The translations under genes and the position numbers were made by a program. The notes below the pieces were generated by a model. That model saw only the letters and a program-made list of their open reading frames with translations, was not told the origin of the DNA and did no database searches. Of a stretch of 64,000 nucleotides of DNA, positions 12,887 through 25,645 are shown in pieces. Positions within the stretch are counted from its first letter, which is position 1, and each line of letters starts with the position of its first letter. The stretch comes from Selaginella moellendorffii (Eukaryota; Plantae; Lycopodiophyta): assembly GCF_000143415.4 (NCBI RefSeq), contig NW_003314362.1, positions 532,657 to 596,656 of the forward strand, given 5' to 3'.

Positions 12887-15168
12887 TCCACTTCCTTTCC
12901 CACAAGCCGTTAGTATCAAACACATTAGTGTTCCTTGGCTAACTTTGCCATTTGGATCCCTTCCATTAAATTCCATGGCCCAAACTTGGCCACTAGTCCT
13001 TTGCTCCTATCCTTGATTGTTGCACCCAGCAACATAGGATTGCTACCTCCATTTTTTAGGTATCCTTTCGGTTCCATAGCAAAGACTCTTCTTTGCCAAG
13101 TCCGGAGGATGTTCACCCCTAGTACGTCTTTTTAGACCTCACTATCCCTGCTATACTTTTGGAACCCTTTGTACCCCCCCCTAGAAGACACACGTTTTGG
13201 GATTTCACCCCACAACCTATGTTAGTATTTGAACTCAGTCTCGGACTCAATCTCAGACTTGGTCTCGGACTGGACCTCAAACTCAATCTTCGACTCAATC
13301 TCGAACTCAATCTTGGACTTGACCTTGGACTCTATCTCAGACTCAGTCTCGGACCTGATCTCAGATCTCGGACTCAGTCCCAATCTCGGTCTCGGACTCG
13401 ATCTTAAACTCGGTTTCGGAGTCGGTCTCGGATTCGATCTCAGACTCAGTCTTGAACTCAGTCTTAGAGCTGGTCTCAAACTCGATCCAGACCCAGTCTT
13501 ATTCAATGAACTCTTTATCATTTTGGTCGTGCTTTCAAGGTTCCTTTAGCCTTTGACACCTCGGGGAGTTGGTTCCTTACAACTCCACCACACATAGAAG
13601 AGGTTCAATACCTACATCGAATGTTTCTTTTTAATTTTATGACTTGTTGACCATGTCTCTGGGGGCATCCCCCCACTTAACGATGTGCCTAAATTAGCCT
13701 CCCTAGCCAAGAGCCCATGACAATGGAGTATAAGTGTCCCTATACCCCTCACCTCACCATGCCTTAGTATGGGGTTGGGATTTAAACCCAACCTTGCTTT
13801 ACTAGAGGGTTGGGACTCGAACCCAACTTACGTAGAATACGTCTACGGATTCGACATCCCCAAGGGGAGTTAGGTGTAGTTCCCTACTCCTGGTCGACTT
13901 AGATAACCCATGCTAATTAGCTTACCTTTGGCATGCCTTCGGGTCCTAACATTCAACATTGCTTAATTTCTCGAATAGATTCTTTAATTGAATTTTATAT
14001 AAGTACATAGAGTTCTACCTTGCAAAAATTCCTCCATTACATCTCACACATTCGCTAGGTTTTCCTTATTCATAGCTTCTTGTTCGACCGAAAGCTCTAG
14101 CTCTAAAGGAGGTTCTGTTTCCGCCTTGGTTCTTTTATGCCCTACTTTTGCCATCTCCCAGCAATTTGCCTCTATCCTTCGCTAAAACTAAGGAAAAAGT
14201 TCTGATACCAAATTGTAAACTACAAATTTTTCCTTTCCAATTTGCTAGCTTACCTCATCTATCCGACCACCACAGCCTTGGCCTTAGTTAAGTTCCTTCG
14301 CCAAGGTTTATTGTATCAGCTCTTATTTAGTCCTACTTGGTTTCAACAACTCACTACACAAGCAATGGAGTGTTAGCCATATCTGTAGATTCCCAAATTC
14401 TCTCCTAATCTCCCTCCCCGAGTTAGATTGGATTTAAAGTTCAGATACACTCTCCATAAGCACAAGCAGCCAAACACACCAAGCCTCCAGATTCTTAACA
14501 TCCCTTGGTATAGCAAGACTTAATTATGGGACCCTCTAAATCCCAAATCTTGGGTGCAACACTTGCTTTGGGACATCAGGGGGAAACACCATAGCCTAAC
14601 AGCCTGATATAGGTACCCCTACTCCCCCACTTCCATCCCAAAGGGAAGCCCAAGCCCCTAAGAAGGGTGAGGACCAATGAGCCACAAGGTACTCAAGTGG
14701 GGCACCACTCCACATGAGCCAGGAGCACTGCAGTCAATTTCCCTTTTAGGAGTGGGAGTTGCTTTTGAGCACTTCCTTGGGTGGCCCCTCCGGCACCACC
14801 TGAGTCCAAGCTCACTCCCACCCAAAGCCTCTCAGCCCCAATCTCAACCTCAAGTTAGTTTGGAAGCACCACTAGAAAGTTCCTTGAAGACTGGTTCCTA
14901 AACCTCACTATCCTACTATACTTTTGGAACCCCCCCGCCCTCCCCCTTGGGAGACACATGCTTTGGGCTTTCACCCCACAACCTGTATTAGTATTCGGAC
15001 TCTATCTCGGACTCGATCTCAAACCCGACCTCGGACTCTATCTCAAACTCAGTCTTGGACCCGATCTTGGATCTCGGACTCAGTCTCATCCGATGAATTC
15101 TTTATCATTTTGGTCATACTTTTGGGAATCCTTTAGCCTTCAACACCTCAAGGAGTTGGTTCTTTACA

Positions 15169-16831
15169 TATAGTTGGTGTTACGCTAAGGCGATATGGTT
15201 TTTCCATTGCATTTTTTTCCAAGAAATTGGATGAAACCCAATGAAGATGGCCAACACACAAGAAAGAGATGTTTACTGTAGTGTTGGTGTTGACACAATA
15301 GAGACATTATTTAGGTGGACATACCAAGGTTTATATAGATAGTAACACACTAAGCTACTTTGCTATGCCGTCAAAGCTTACGTTGAAGCAGGCTTGTTGT
15401 CAAGAGAAGCTCATTAGATTTGATATTGAAATTATCTACAAAAATAGTAAAGACAATATTATTCCAAATGTGTTGAGTCATCAGACTCAATTCCAGGCAA
15501 TATCGGCAATCAATTCAAACTAGTTGGAGGATGTTCGGGCTTCATATAGAAGTGATTCATTGGCAAAGACAATTTTGCACTGTGTGGAGTTGTCGAAGTA
15601 GAACCCTAGTAATGACGTGGCAAAAGTTGCTCTGAAGCTTCACTTTTTAATTTGGGACGGGCTTATTATCTATAAACAAGAAAGACTATATCTTCCCTCC
15701 AAGGATCTGCAATAGCTATTTCTGCAGGAACATCATGATGTTTTGGTAGTGGGACATGGTGGTAAACAAAAAGACTTTTGCTTCATTGAAAAAGGGATTT
15801 TTTTGGTTTAGTATGGAAGGCGATGTAATGGATTATATTTGTTCTTATTCTAGCAATGTAAGCGAAGAATTGAGAAGCAAGCTGGGAAGTTGCAATGCAT
15901 TTCAACACTGGCATAGCCATTTTAGAGGGTGACACTTGACTTCATCACTTACTTGCTAAAGTCTAAGGGTTATGATACTTTGATAGTGGTTGTGGATCGG
16001 TTATCAAAAATTGTACACTTCATTCTAATTGTGGAAATAGTAAATGTGAAAAAAATAACAAAGGTCTTTTTCCATGAAATAGTCTGGGTTTATAGTCTTC
16101 CCAAAAAAATGATCTCGAATAGGGATTTGAGATTTATAGAGAAGTTTTAAGGCACACTATTCTAGTTATTCAGAATTAAGTTGAAGTTTAGTACAACTTA
16201 TCATCCTCAAACTGATGGGCAAATCGAATGTGTGAATACTCAAGTTAAGAATTATCTACAAACACTCTCTCCTTATTGCCACAATAATAGAAGGTTGGTA
16301 TTATTGATTCCCTTTATAGTCTCCACCCAAGCTTGTTGAGAAATTGGTCATCATGTATGCACTTGACTAGATGAGCATAAGGACAGAATTCTTAAATGCT
16401 ATTAGTCAAGCATATTTGACCTAGTTAAAGAAACCCATTTGTTGACTTGCACTTGCTAGTGTTGGGAACCCCACAATATTAAGTTTAGTCCCTTAATATC
16501 ATTACATGATAGCTTATCATGTCCATCAGACACCCTCGCTATCAAGTCTTATATGTTAGTTCCATTCTGTTGAGACTTATGTAGAGCAACTACACCACAA
16601 TTGGTCTAGAGCTACAAGTGGGAGATCAAGTATGGCTAGTCTTCCCAAAACTTGAACATTAAGGGATCTTTGTCTCGGAAGCTATTATCAAAATATGTTA
16701 GACCCTATCAAGTGTTGAAACAAATTGATAATATATCTTATCAGTTAGATCTTCCTACGGAAATGTCCAATGTTCATAATGTAATTCATTCCAATTTATT
16801 AACTCCTTATACTATGGATGTTGCATGTTAA
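15169..16831 (+). pseudogene. Degenerate gypsy RNase H/integrase (host of element X)
   Basis: AFFSKKLD..RWPTHKKEMF, TLDFITYL..LIVVVDRLSKIVHFI, YHPQTDGQ, PYQVLKQI..YQLDLP. Continues after X at 40215. Confidence 0.85.
16256..16569 (+). repeat. Fragment of LTR family B inserted in integrase
   Basis: Similar to 4020-4320 (acaaacactctc...tccattctg). Confidence 0.65.
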
Positions 16832-17380
16832 TGTAAGCCACAAATTTTTCCTTTCCAATTTGCCAACTTACCTCGTCTATCCGTCCGACACCACTTTGGC
16901 TTTTACTAAGTTCCCTTGCCAAGGTTCTCGCCTATGGTACCAGCTCCTACTTGGTTTCAGCTACTCACTACACGAGCAACGGAGTGTTAGCCATCCATCC
17001 ACGGATTCCCAAATCACTCCCAATCCCCCTCCCCGGGTTAGACTGGACTTAAGGTTCGGCTACACTCCCCGCAAGCACAAGCAGCCAAGCACACCAAGCT
17101 TCCAGGTTCCTAACACCCCTTGGTACCACAAGACTTGATCATAGGACCCTCTAAATCCCAAGTCTTGAGTGCAACACTTGCTTCGGGACGTCGGGGTGAA
17201 ACACCGTGGCCTAGCGGCCCGGTATGGGTACCTCTACCCCCCCACTTCCATCCCGAAGGAAGGCCCAAGCCCCTCGGAAGGGCGAGGACCAATGAGCCGC
17301 ATGGTACTCAAGTGGGGCACCACTCCACCTGAGCCGGGAGCACCGCAATCGGTTTCCCTTTCGGGAGTGGGAGCTACTCT

Positions 17381-18350
17381 NNNNNNNNNNNNNNNNNNNN
17401 NNNNNNNNNNNNNNNNNNNNNNNNNNNNNNNNNNNNNNNNNNNNNNNNNNNNNNNNNNNNNNNNNNNNNNNNNNNNNNNNNNNNNNNNNNNNNNNNNNNN
17501 NNNNNNNNNNNNNNNNNNNNNNNNNNNNNNNNNNNNNNNNNNNNNNNNNNNNNNNNNNNNNNNNNNNNNNNNNNNNNNNNNNNNNNNNNNNNNNNNNNNN
17601 NNNNNNNNNNNNNNNNNNNNNNNNNNNNNNNNNNNNNNNNNNNNNNNNNNNNNNNNNNNNNNNNNNNNNNNNNNNNNNNNNNNNNNNNNNNNNNNNNNNN
17701 NNNNNNNNNNNNNNNNNNNNNNNNNNNNNNNNNNNNNNNNNNNNNNNNNNNNNNNNNNNNNNNNNNNNNNNNNNNNNNNNNNNNNNNNNNNNNNNNNNNN
17801 NNNNNNNNNNNNNNNNNNNNNNNNNNNNNNNNNNNNNNNNNNNNNNNNNNNNNNNNNNNNNNNNNNNNNNNNNNNNNNNNNNNNNNNNNNNNNNNNNNNN
17901 NNNNNNNNNNNNNNNNNNNNNNNNNNNNNNNNNNNNNNNNNNNNNNNNNNNNNNNNNNNNNNNNNNNNNNNNNNNNNNNNNNNNNNNNNNNNNNNNNNNN
18001 NNNNNNNNNNNNNNNNNNNNNNNNNNNNNNNNNNNNNNNNNNNNNNNNNNNNNNNNNNNNNNNNNNNNNNNNNNNNNNNNNNNNNNNNNNNNNNNNNNNN
18101 NNNNNNNNNNNNNNNNNNNNNNNNNNNNNNNNNNNNNNNNNNNNNNNNNNNNNNNNNNNNNNNNNNNNNNNNNNNNNNNNNNNNNNNNNNNNNNNNNNNN
18201 NNNNNNNNNNNNNNNNNNNNNNNNNNNNNNNNNNNNNNNNNNNNNNNNNNNNNNNNNNNNNNNNNNNNNNNNNNNNNNNNNNNNNNNNNNNNNNNNNNNN
18301 NNNNNNNNNNNNNNNNNNNNNNNNNNNNNNNNNNNNNNNNNNNNNNNNNN
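17381..18350. other. Assembly gap (N)
   Basis: N run. Confidence 1.
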
Positions 18351-19478
18351 CCCCCCCCCCCCCCCCCTCCCCCCTGGGAGACGCATGCTTTGGGCTTTCA
18401 CTCCTTGACCCGTATTAGTATCTGGACTTAGTCTCTGGCTCGATCTTGGACCCAATTTCGGATCTGACTTCGGATTCGGTCTCGGACTCGATTTCGGACT
18501 CGATCTCGGACCCGATCTCGGACCCGAGCTCGGACTCGACCTTGGACTCGGTCTCGGACCCGATTTTGGATCTCAGACTCCGTCTCGAACTCAGTCTCGA
18601 ACTTGGTCCCATCCAATGAACTCTTTGTCATTTTGGTCATGCTTTCGGGGTTCCTTTAGCCTACGACACCTCGGCGAGTTGGTTCCTTACAACTCCACCA
18701 CGCATAGAAGAAGTTCGATGCCCACATCGAATGTCTCTCTTTTTGATCCTACGACTTGTTGACCATGTCTCCGAGGGCATCCCCCCACTTAGCGGTGTGC
18801 CTAAGTTAGCCTCCCCGGCCAAGAGCTCATGACAACGGAATATAGGTGTCCCTATACTCCTCACCTCACCACGCCCTAATATGGGGTCGGGACTTGAACC
18901 CAGCCTTGCTTTACTAGGGGGTTGGGACTCGAACCCAACCTCCGTAGAATACGTCTACGGATTCAACATCCCCGCAGGGAGTCGGGCGTAGCTCCCTACG
19001 CCTGGTCAACCTAGCTAACCCATGCTAATTAGCTTACCTTCGGCACGCCTTCGGGTCCCAACATATGCTATTGCTCAACTTCTCAAATTGATACTTTTAA
19101 TTGAACTTTGCATAAGTACATAGAGTTCTGCCATGCAGAAATTCCTCCACTAGACCTCACGCGTTCGCTAGGTTCTCCTCCGGTTCCCATGTTGCTTTGC
19201 AGTGTGGAAATCCTTTCTACTTCACATGGAACTCTCTCACCTCGCGTCCTTGTCGCTTGCTCTTGCGCGCATTGAGGATGGCCTCGACTTCGTATTCCTC
19301 CTCCCCTTAGATAACCTCAGGTAAAAGTCTTACTTGGTCCTTGCGAAGCGGATCCTTAAAATACGGCTTGAGTAAGTTCACGTGGAACACGGGATGCATC
19401 TTCCCCATCTCTCGAGGAAGTCAGAGACAGTAAGCCACTTTACCAATTCGAGCCTCAATCTCATAAGGCCCCGCGAAC

Positions 19479-19529
19479 CTGCTTAAGGAACTCAAGATCA
19501 ATTCATTTACAAGAATACATGCATTTTAC
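19479..19529 (-). other. 51-nt GT-AG intron-like insertion in X integrase
   Basis: Minus strand: CAA AG|gtaaaatgc...ccttaagcag|G TTC GCG GGG CCT TAT. Removal restores QRFAGPY. Confidence 0.8.
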
Positions 19530-19947
19530 CTTTGGGTCAACTTCCGGCTGATCCCACTTGGTAGCCTGAGGTTCTTGGTGTTCAGCCACACCTTCTCCCC
19601 AGCTTGGAACTCCACATCCCGACGCTTTTGGTTCGCATACTTAGTTTGCCTTTGTTGAGCCCGTTCCAAGGAATCCCTCACTAGATTCCAAATGTTGAGT
19701 CTTTCCGCCGTAAATGCCTCCACTGCGAGTAACTCTCCATGATACTCGGCCACGCCGAGTTCCACAGGACCTTCAATAGCTCGCCCATTGATGACTTCCC
19801 ATGGACTCATCCCGATGCTCGAATGTGGTGAGTTGTTATAACACATTTCCGCAAGTCCCAAATGACTTACCCAGTCGGTCTGGTCCCTTGAGACATAGCA
19901 TCGCAAATAATCCTCCAGCTGCCTGTTCACCCTTTCCGTTTGTCCGT

Positions 19948-19994
19948 CTGTCAAGAAGTGTTAGTGCCATCAATCTTGACTTAATACCCATTAC
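19948..19994 (-). other. 47-nt GT-AG intron-like insertion in X integrase
   Basis: Minus strand: CAT ACA G|gtaatggg...cactaacacttcttgacag|AC GGA CAA ACG GAA. Branch point CTAAC; removal restores YHPHTDGQTER. Confidence 0.85.
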
Positions 19995-22198
19995 CTGTAT
20001 GTGGGTGATAAATTGTGCTGAATTTCAACTTGGTGCAATACTGTTTTAGGAGCATCCTCCAGAACCTACTGGTGAAGATCTTATCTCGATATGAGATAAT
20101 CTCTTCCGGCCTTCCCCGCACTCGAACCACTTGTTCGAAGAACAGCTTCGCCACACCTTCCGCATCCACTTCCGTTGTGGTGGGTATGCAATGTGCCATC
20201 TTTGAAAATCAGTCCACCACCACGAATATCGCATCGAACCCCTCACTTGGGGTAGTCCCGTGATGAAGTCCATCGTGAGACATTTCCACGGACGATCTGG
20301 AATGGGGATGCTTTGCAACAAGCCCCCACTAGCCTTCGTCACGGCTTTAACTTGCTGACATGTTGGACATGTCTTTACATAGTCTTGGACGTCCTTAGCC
20401 ATATCTGGCCAGTGATACTTCCTTTTGAGTAAGCCCATCATCTTGGGCACTCCGCCATGTCCCGCGAGAGGTCCGTCATGACACTCTTCCAAGGCTACCT
20501 TCCTTAGTTCCCTTTCTGGAATATACACCCTCGTTTGCTTGTAATATATGAGTCCGTTGCGTTCTGCATAGATGCTCTATTTCGTTAAAGTGGGATTTAT
20601 TCAGTAAAATGGGATTAGGTACAAATTTTCAAGTATTTGAAAATGACGTGAAATTATATGTTTTTTGTCCAGGGGCTAGACATATCTGGGGCATGGTGAC
20701 TAGCGCGGTGACTTTGTGTCCAGACTGAGTCCATCTGGTTGTATAATAAATCTCATTGTCAAGGTGAACAAGCCGAATCTAAAGCTAAAGAAGAGCGATG
20801 GCATGCGCGCACACACTATTTGTTTGTTCATTGAGCGTGTGGTGAGCTTTCCAAGATGAACGTCATTCCTATTAGCCAGACATATAACTTAATGGTGAGA
20901 ACATTTAGATATTATTCAATGTTATCTTTTTCTAACGAATCTAATTGTGAAGGTGTAGCAAGAGGCATTGCTAGTCTGGAGAAGTCATTTAACTCATTTG
21001 ACCCTTAGTGTATTTTCATGAAACTAAATAACATTCATATTATTAAGGAATTTCTCTAGTACCTTTTTTTTACGACATAGAGGCTTGCATTTCTTTCAAA
21101 GGTGATTTAGTAAAAGGCCTGAGGGCACATGCCATTCTATTTCTCAGACCGGTATTAAGATATACTAGTGCAAAGGGAAAAAGGTATTTGGTGATCAAGT
21201 AAATGGCATGAGGACACACGCCATTATAAGCCTAAGCGCTAGTGGATACCTCCTTTTTGGTACTCTCAGCGGTACTATCATCCTTCTTCGGGTCAGTTGT
21301 TTTGCTTTGGATTGTTGTCTCTAACGTTACTGGGGCATTTTCGATAGTTGTTAATGTTGCCGTTTGTTCAGAAAAATGATCACCTGGAGTATAGTACGGG
21401 GAGTTTGGAAGACTTATATATTCTACATCTTCACCTATCTCCTTCTCCGTTTCCTTTTCTGCCTCACAGATTTTGTGCTTGCCATGAGAACGCTCTTCAC
21501 CCTAAAATATGGAGTTCGTTGTGTTATAAAAGGAAACCAACACACACGCTACAAGGGAATGATGGTACATAAAGCACATAAGCCCACAATATGGGTTTAT
21601 GTGCCATTAATATGGGCCACACGCCATATTATTAGATTTATGCACGTGTGATTGGTAAATGCATATGTCACATCATCTTTGTTTTACCTCACACACTATA
21701 TCAGGCCTAATGAACCATATCACATGTGCGCACATGCTATATATATGGAGAAGTATTATGCAAGGATAGAAAAATTTAATGCATGATTGTGGAGAGCAAT
21801 GGCATGAAGCCACATGCTAAATAACATTTTAGAGAAAGAATTAAAATAAAAACATGCAAATAGTACTGAGTGGACCAAGACTTAGAAGTGCACAATTGAA
21901 TGAGGTATTTATAATAAATATTTCACTCACCTCATATAGGAATGGCTACCACTCTCAAATGGCATATCGCCTCATGCCATCACTTCGCAATTTGTTATAA
22001 CAATCCGATGAATTCATATTCGGCTTGTTCACCTTGAACTTTAAGTAAGATTTACTAGAACAACTAAGAATTTATACTTGTTATTTGTATCATCTCACCT
22101 AGGAATGGCGTAAGGCCACATGCCATCACGCCTCCTCTGATTCAGATTCGGATTGTTCACCTTGAAATAAAATACATTAGAAACTTAGTAAAGGAATA

Positions 22199-25024
22199 TT
22201 AATGAATCTCACCTTGAACCCGGGTTATGAATGCTCTTGCTGCATCTCTTGCATGGTCTGGCAAGGTGATGGTGGCACTCTGCTTCCGCATCCACCCATG
22301 CACAACATTATCCACTGATATGCTCATGCTGGGATCCCTTGGATTCAGCACCCATCTCTTTTCTAGGCAATCCTTCGTATATCCGGAACTTGGCTTGAAC
22401 CACTCCACAGTTACATTGAAGGAGTTAGTTTCCGCGTCCTCCTCTACATCAGTGATGCAGCGCCCCACCCATATCATTTGTTTTTTATTACTGGGTCTGA
22501 CAAGCACGACCATTCCTTTGCAGACCTGTACTGGATTGAATGCTGAATCCGGCTTCTTGTTCCTCGGCCCACAATAGTGATCCTCAACATCGTTATTTGT
22601 CACTGCATTTCCAGAGGACATTGTTCCGCTACTATCTGGTGCTCTGGGTTCTGGCCAAAAGGACTCTTCCAATTCTTCATATACAACCGGCCCATTTTGG
22701 ATAGCAGATATAATCTTCTCCCAGTATTCGATCAAAGGCTTGCACCTCTGAAAATAAGATTCTCCACCAAACACCAACCCCCTCTTCCAGAAGGCAATAT
22801 GCTGTCTAATCCCGGCCACTATACTTTCCTGGTCTTTGAGTCCATCCAGGTGCATCGGCCGTGGGGAACCCTGAGGAATCATAGGTTCCCCAGTTATGGG
22901 ATCTCTCTTGAAGAGTTCAATACCGTCCACTGGCAGCCACACTATGTCCCATTCTCTCATCTTGTACCTCATCACTGGAGCACCGTCACGCATGCTGAAA
23001 TGAAACTGAAGAAGCTTGGAGTGGCCAATCAGTGTTTCGGATCCGTCCCTGATGTAGCCTCTTACAAACCCCTTAAAGTCTGGAACCTCTATCACAAGTG
23101 CAGCTTCAACAGTGCCTTTGATGCAATTTTGGAATTCATCGTAGAGTTGTGGGAGGGTGAGGACATTGGATTGCCGGAGGGACTCTGCCAGGTGACTAAA
23201 CATGGCATCGACGTCTTCATGAGTGTGCCCAACCATGAGAAAGCCAAGTGTAACCGTTTCAAATATGCTTTTGGCAACAAGCATCGCCAAGTACGCGAAG
23301 ACGTACATGTTTTTGTTCTCACTGCCAGCATTGTCTGTTTGGAGCAGAAGATGGGGTGGAAGGCCACATCGGCCGCAAGAACTTCCTTGAGATTCTGCTT
23401 TGTTTGGATGAGGCTGTGCATTCACCGGGCGACCAACCTCGTCGGAATGGCATGAGGCCTCACGTGATAACCCTACAATCTGACGGCCAACATATTCACT
23501 GGGATGGCATGGGGCCCCACGCGATACTGCAAGCCTTTGCTCCTCCTCCAGCTGAACCCTGTATGGGGTTCGATCGACAAGGGCCTTATGCAAGGGTTGG
23601 CCGTTCAGCTTAGTCTACGCACTTTGCAGAGACCTTAAGTGTTTTGCTAGGGACGCAATCATCATATTTGCACCCCCGCCACCCCATAGAGGTACAAAGA
23701 AGTTCCCATAGTTCTGGGCACCATGCCCATGAGCGATTATGCCAAACAGAGACACAGGCAGTTGCATGGATGAAGAGATTGCCTTGGGGGTAGGATTGAG
23801 TCGAGGTAAGCACGTCTTTTTCTGGTCCATTTTGTCGTGGATGATGCAGAGGTAAGAGTCAAGTCTCTCCATGGAGAGAATCCTGTTATGATAATATGCA
23901 GTCCTGCAGCTTCTCTGCTCGATGTTGTGGTCGAGCCTCTTTCTAACCAACGTCTCTCGCTCTTGAGCGATGCAAGAATTCTTCGACAAAGCCATTTTGA
24001 TAGCAGTGCACTCGTCACACTTTGAAAAGCTGGAGTACTTTCCTATACTCACATCCTTGAACCTGTTGCTCCACAATCTACTAAATCTAGATTGGCTCAG
24101 CTTCCTGTAGCCATTACTCTAGAGTTCCTGATTCACATCTTCCAATATGGCCCCCTTGGTATACATGGAAGGGAGAACTCGTTGGGTGTCTCGAGTTCCA
24201 TCTTCCAAGAGGCGGGTTTTATGTGGTTGCTGCTCGCTACATGTCTCAACAAACCTCTTGAAGATTGCCTCTCCATATACAACATGACCCCTGGTTTTGT
24301 GAGTACCGTCGTTCCCATGGACTGCCTGTTGAACCCTTTGTTCCTCGAACTTAGTTTTGATTCTGTAGAATGTGGTTCGAGGGACTTCATAAATGATTCT
24401 CCATGCCTTCATGCAGACCAAACCCCTCTGGAAGACCATGCCCCCCACCTGATGTTCTGAAGCATCAACAGATGACTGTAATGCCTCATACACAAAATTG
24501 CGAGCTGCCTTCCAGGACAATGTCTTGTATCTTGCTCTCTCCTCTTCAATAGCATCCCAATCAGCATGTTGACAGCACCTCCTCTTGCAACAAGCAACTG
24601 TCGAGACCATTCGAACCTCCATCGCCATTTTCTGCCTTTTCGGTTCGTTGCTCAGATCCCTTTGGCTGCGCTTTAGGAAGGTGTACTTTCTTTTCCCATG
24701 AAGAGATGTTCTGTCATCAGTTGTAGTGGTGTTTGATTGTGAATCCTTCACATTCTCAAACACTAAGTGCCTCAATTTTCACCGCACAATGCTTCCAATA
24801 GTCAAACTGTTTTCTTCTGTGTCAACAACCTCTAAAATCGCAACTCCAATATCATCCCAACCCAATTCTTGATTAGCAACCGCATCTCTTGGATCGACAA
24901 CTGTGGCTAAGCCCTCAGCTACCACCTCCCCCTCGGGGTTGTTTAGAAACACCTTTGCCTGAATCCATGTAGCACGGTTCTTAAGATCCACAGAGGGAAC
25001 ATGCGTCGCACTTGCGGAGGCCAT
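22199..25024 (-). pseudogene. DDE transposase, one 941-codon frame with three premature stops
   Basis: ORFs 25024-24779, 24775-24119, 24076-23615 and 23593-22199 share a frame. Motifs FSKCDEC, IIHDKMDQ, LQTDNAGSENKN, FLMVGHTHEDVDAMFS. A splice acceptor lies just before the ATG. Confidence 0.85.
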
Positions 25025-25645
25025 TCTGAAAGTGCAGAAAAGAAGTTAAGACCATACAAAAAATGATTGGAGAATGGCCTAAATCATAACATACCAAACA
25101 ACCTCAATAGCATGAGGCCACATGCCATTATTCAAACATGCTATTGACACCCACGTGAAATTTCGCATTCACAAAATTGGCATGAGGCCTCATGCCATCT
25201 TGATATACACACAGCTGCAGGCAAGTAAAAACATACATGACAATACGCTAGCCATGAAATTGCAAGGGCCCAAGATGGCATGTGGCCTCATGCCATTTCT
25301 AAATGTGGTCCTAAGCCATTCCATGGTGAACATACCAGGAAGCACAAGTGCCAAATATCAAGAGGAAGCGGTAGCCACACCAAAGACAGTGCCGCTCGCA
25401 ACACTGCAACTACTCGTAGCACCGCTCGCAACACCGCAACCGCTCGTAGTGCCGCTCGCACAAACTGCCACTCGCATAAACTGCCGCTCGCAATGGCGCT
25501 CGCAATGCCGCAACCGCTCGTAGACGCATAAACCATAGCTCACAACGCCGCTTACACAAGCAGCGCTCACTGCGCTCAGCAGAACCAAGAACACGGCGCA
25601 CAAAAATGATAGACCTAGGAATGAGTTCGAGAATTCAAAAATAAC

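Larger units (their letters stand above)
8147..15168 (-). mobile_element. Internally deleted family-A LTR element (LTRs 8147-13581, interrupted, and 14214-15168; ~630-bp internal region)
   Basis: LTR termini TGTAAGCC/TGTAAAC...TTACA on the + strand; PBS (ttctgatacca, ~14200-14210); PPT (actccacca, 13582). The internal region joins the gag start directly to the chromodomain end and 3' UTR of X. Flanks do not match (AGAAG vs TATAG). Confidence 0.8.
19100..20571 (-). pseudogene. Integrase plus chromodomain of X, with two small introns, a frameshift and stops
   Basis: HHCC (CHDGPLAGHGG..CPTCQ), MDFITGLP, YHPHT/DGQTER, R/FAGPY, EYEVEAIL..HVK*KGFPHCKATWEPEENL. Confidence 0.9.

Noticed and set aside
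17169-18455. ORFs spanning the N run; possible hidden insertion
   Set aside because: Gap artefact. The sister LTR implies only ~175 bp is missing versus 970 N, which cannot be resolved here.
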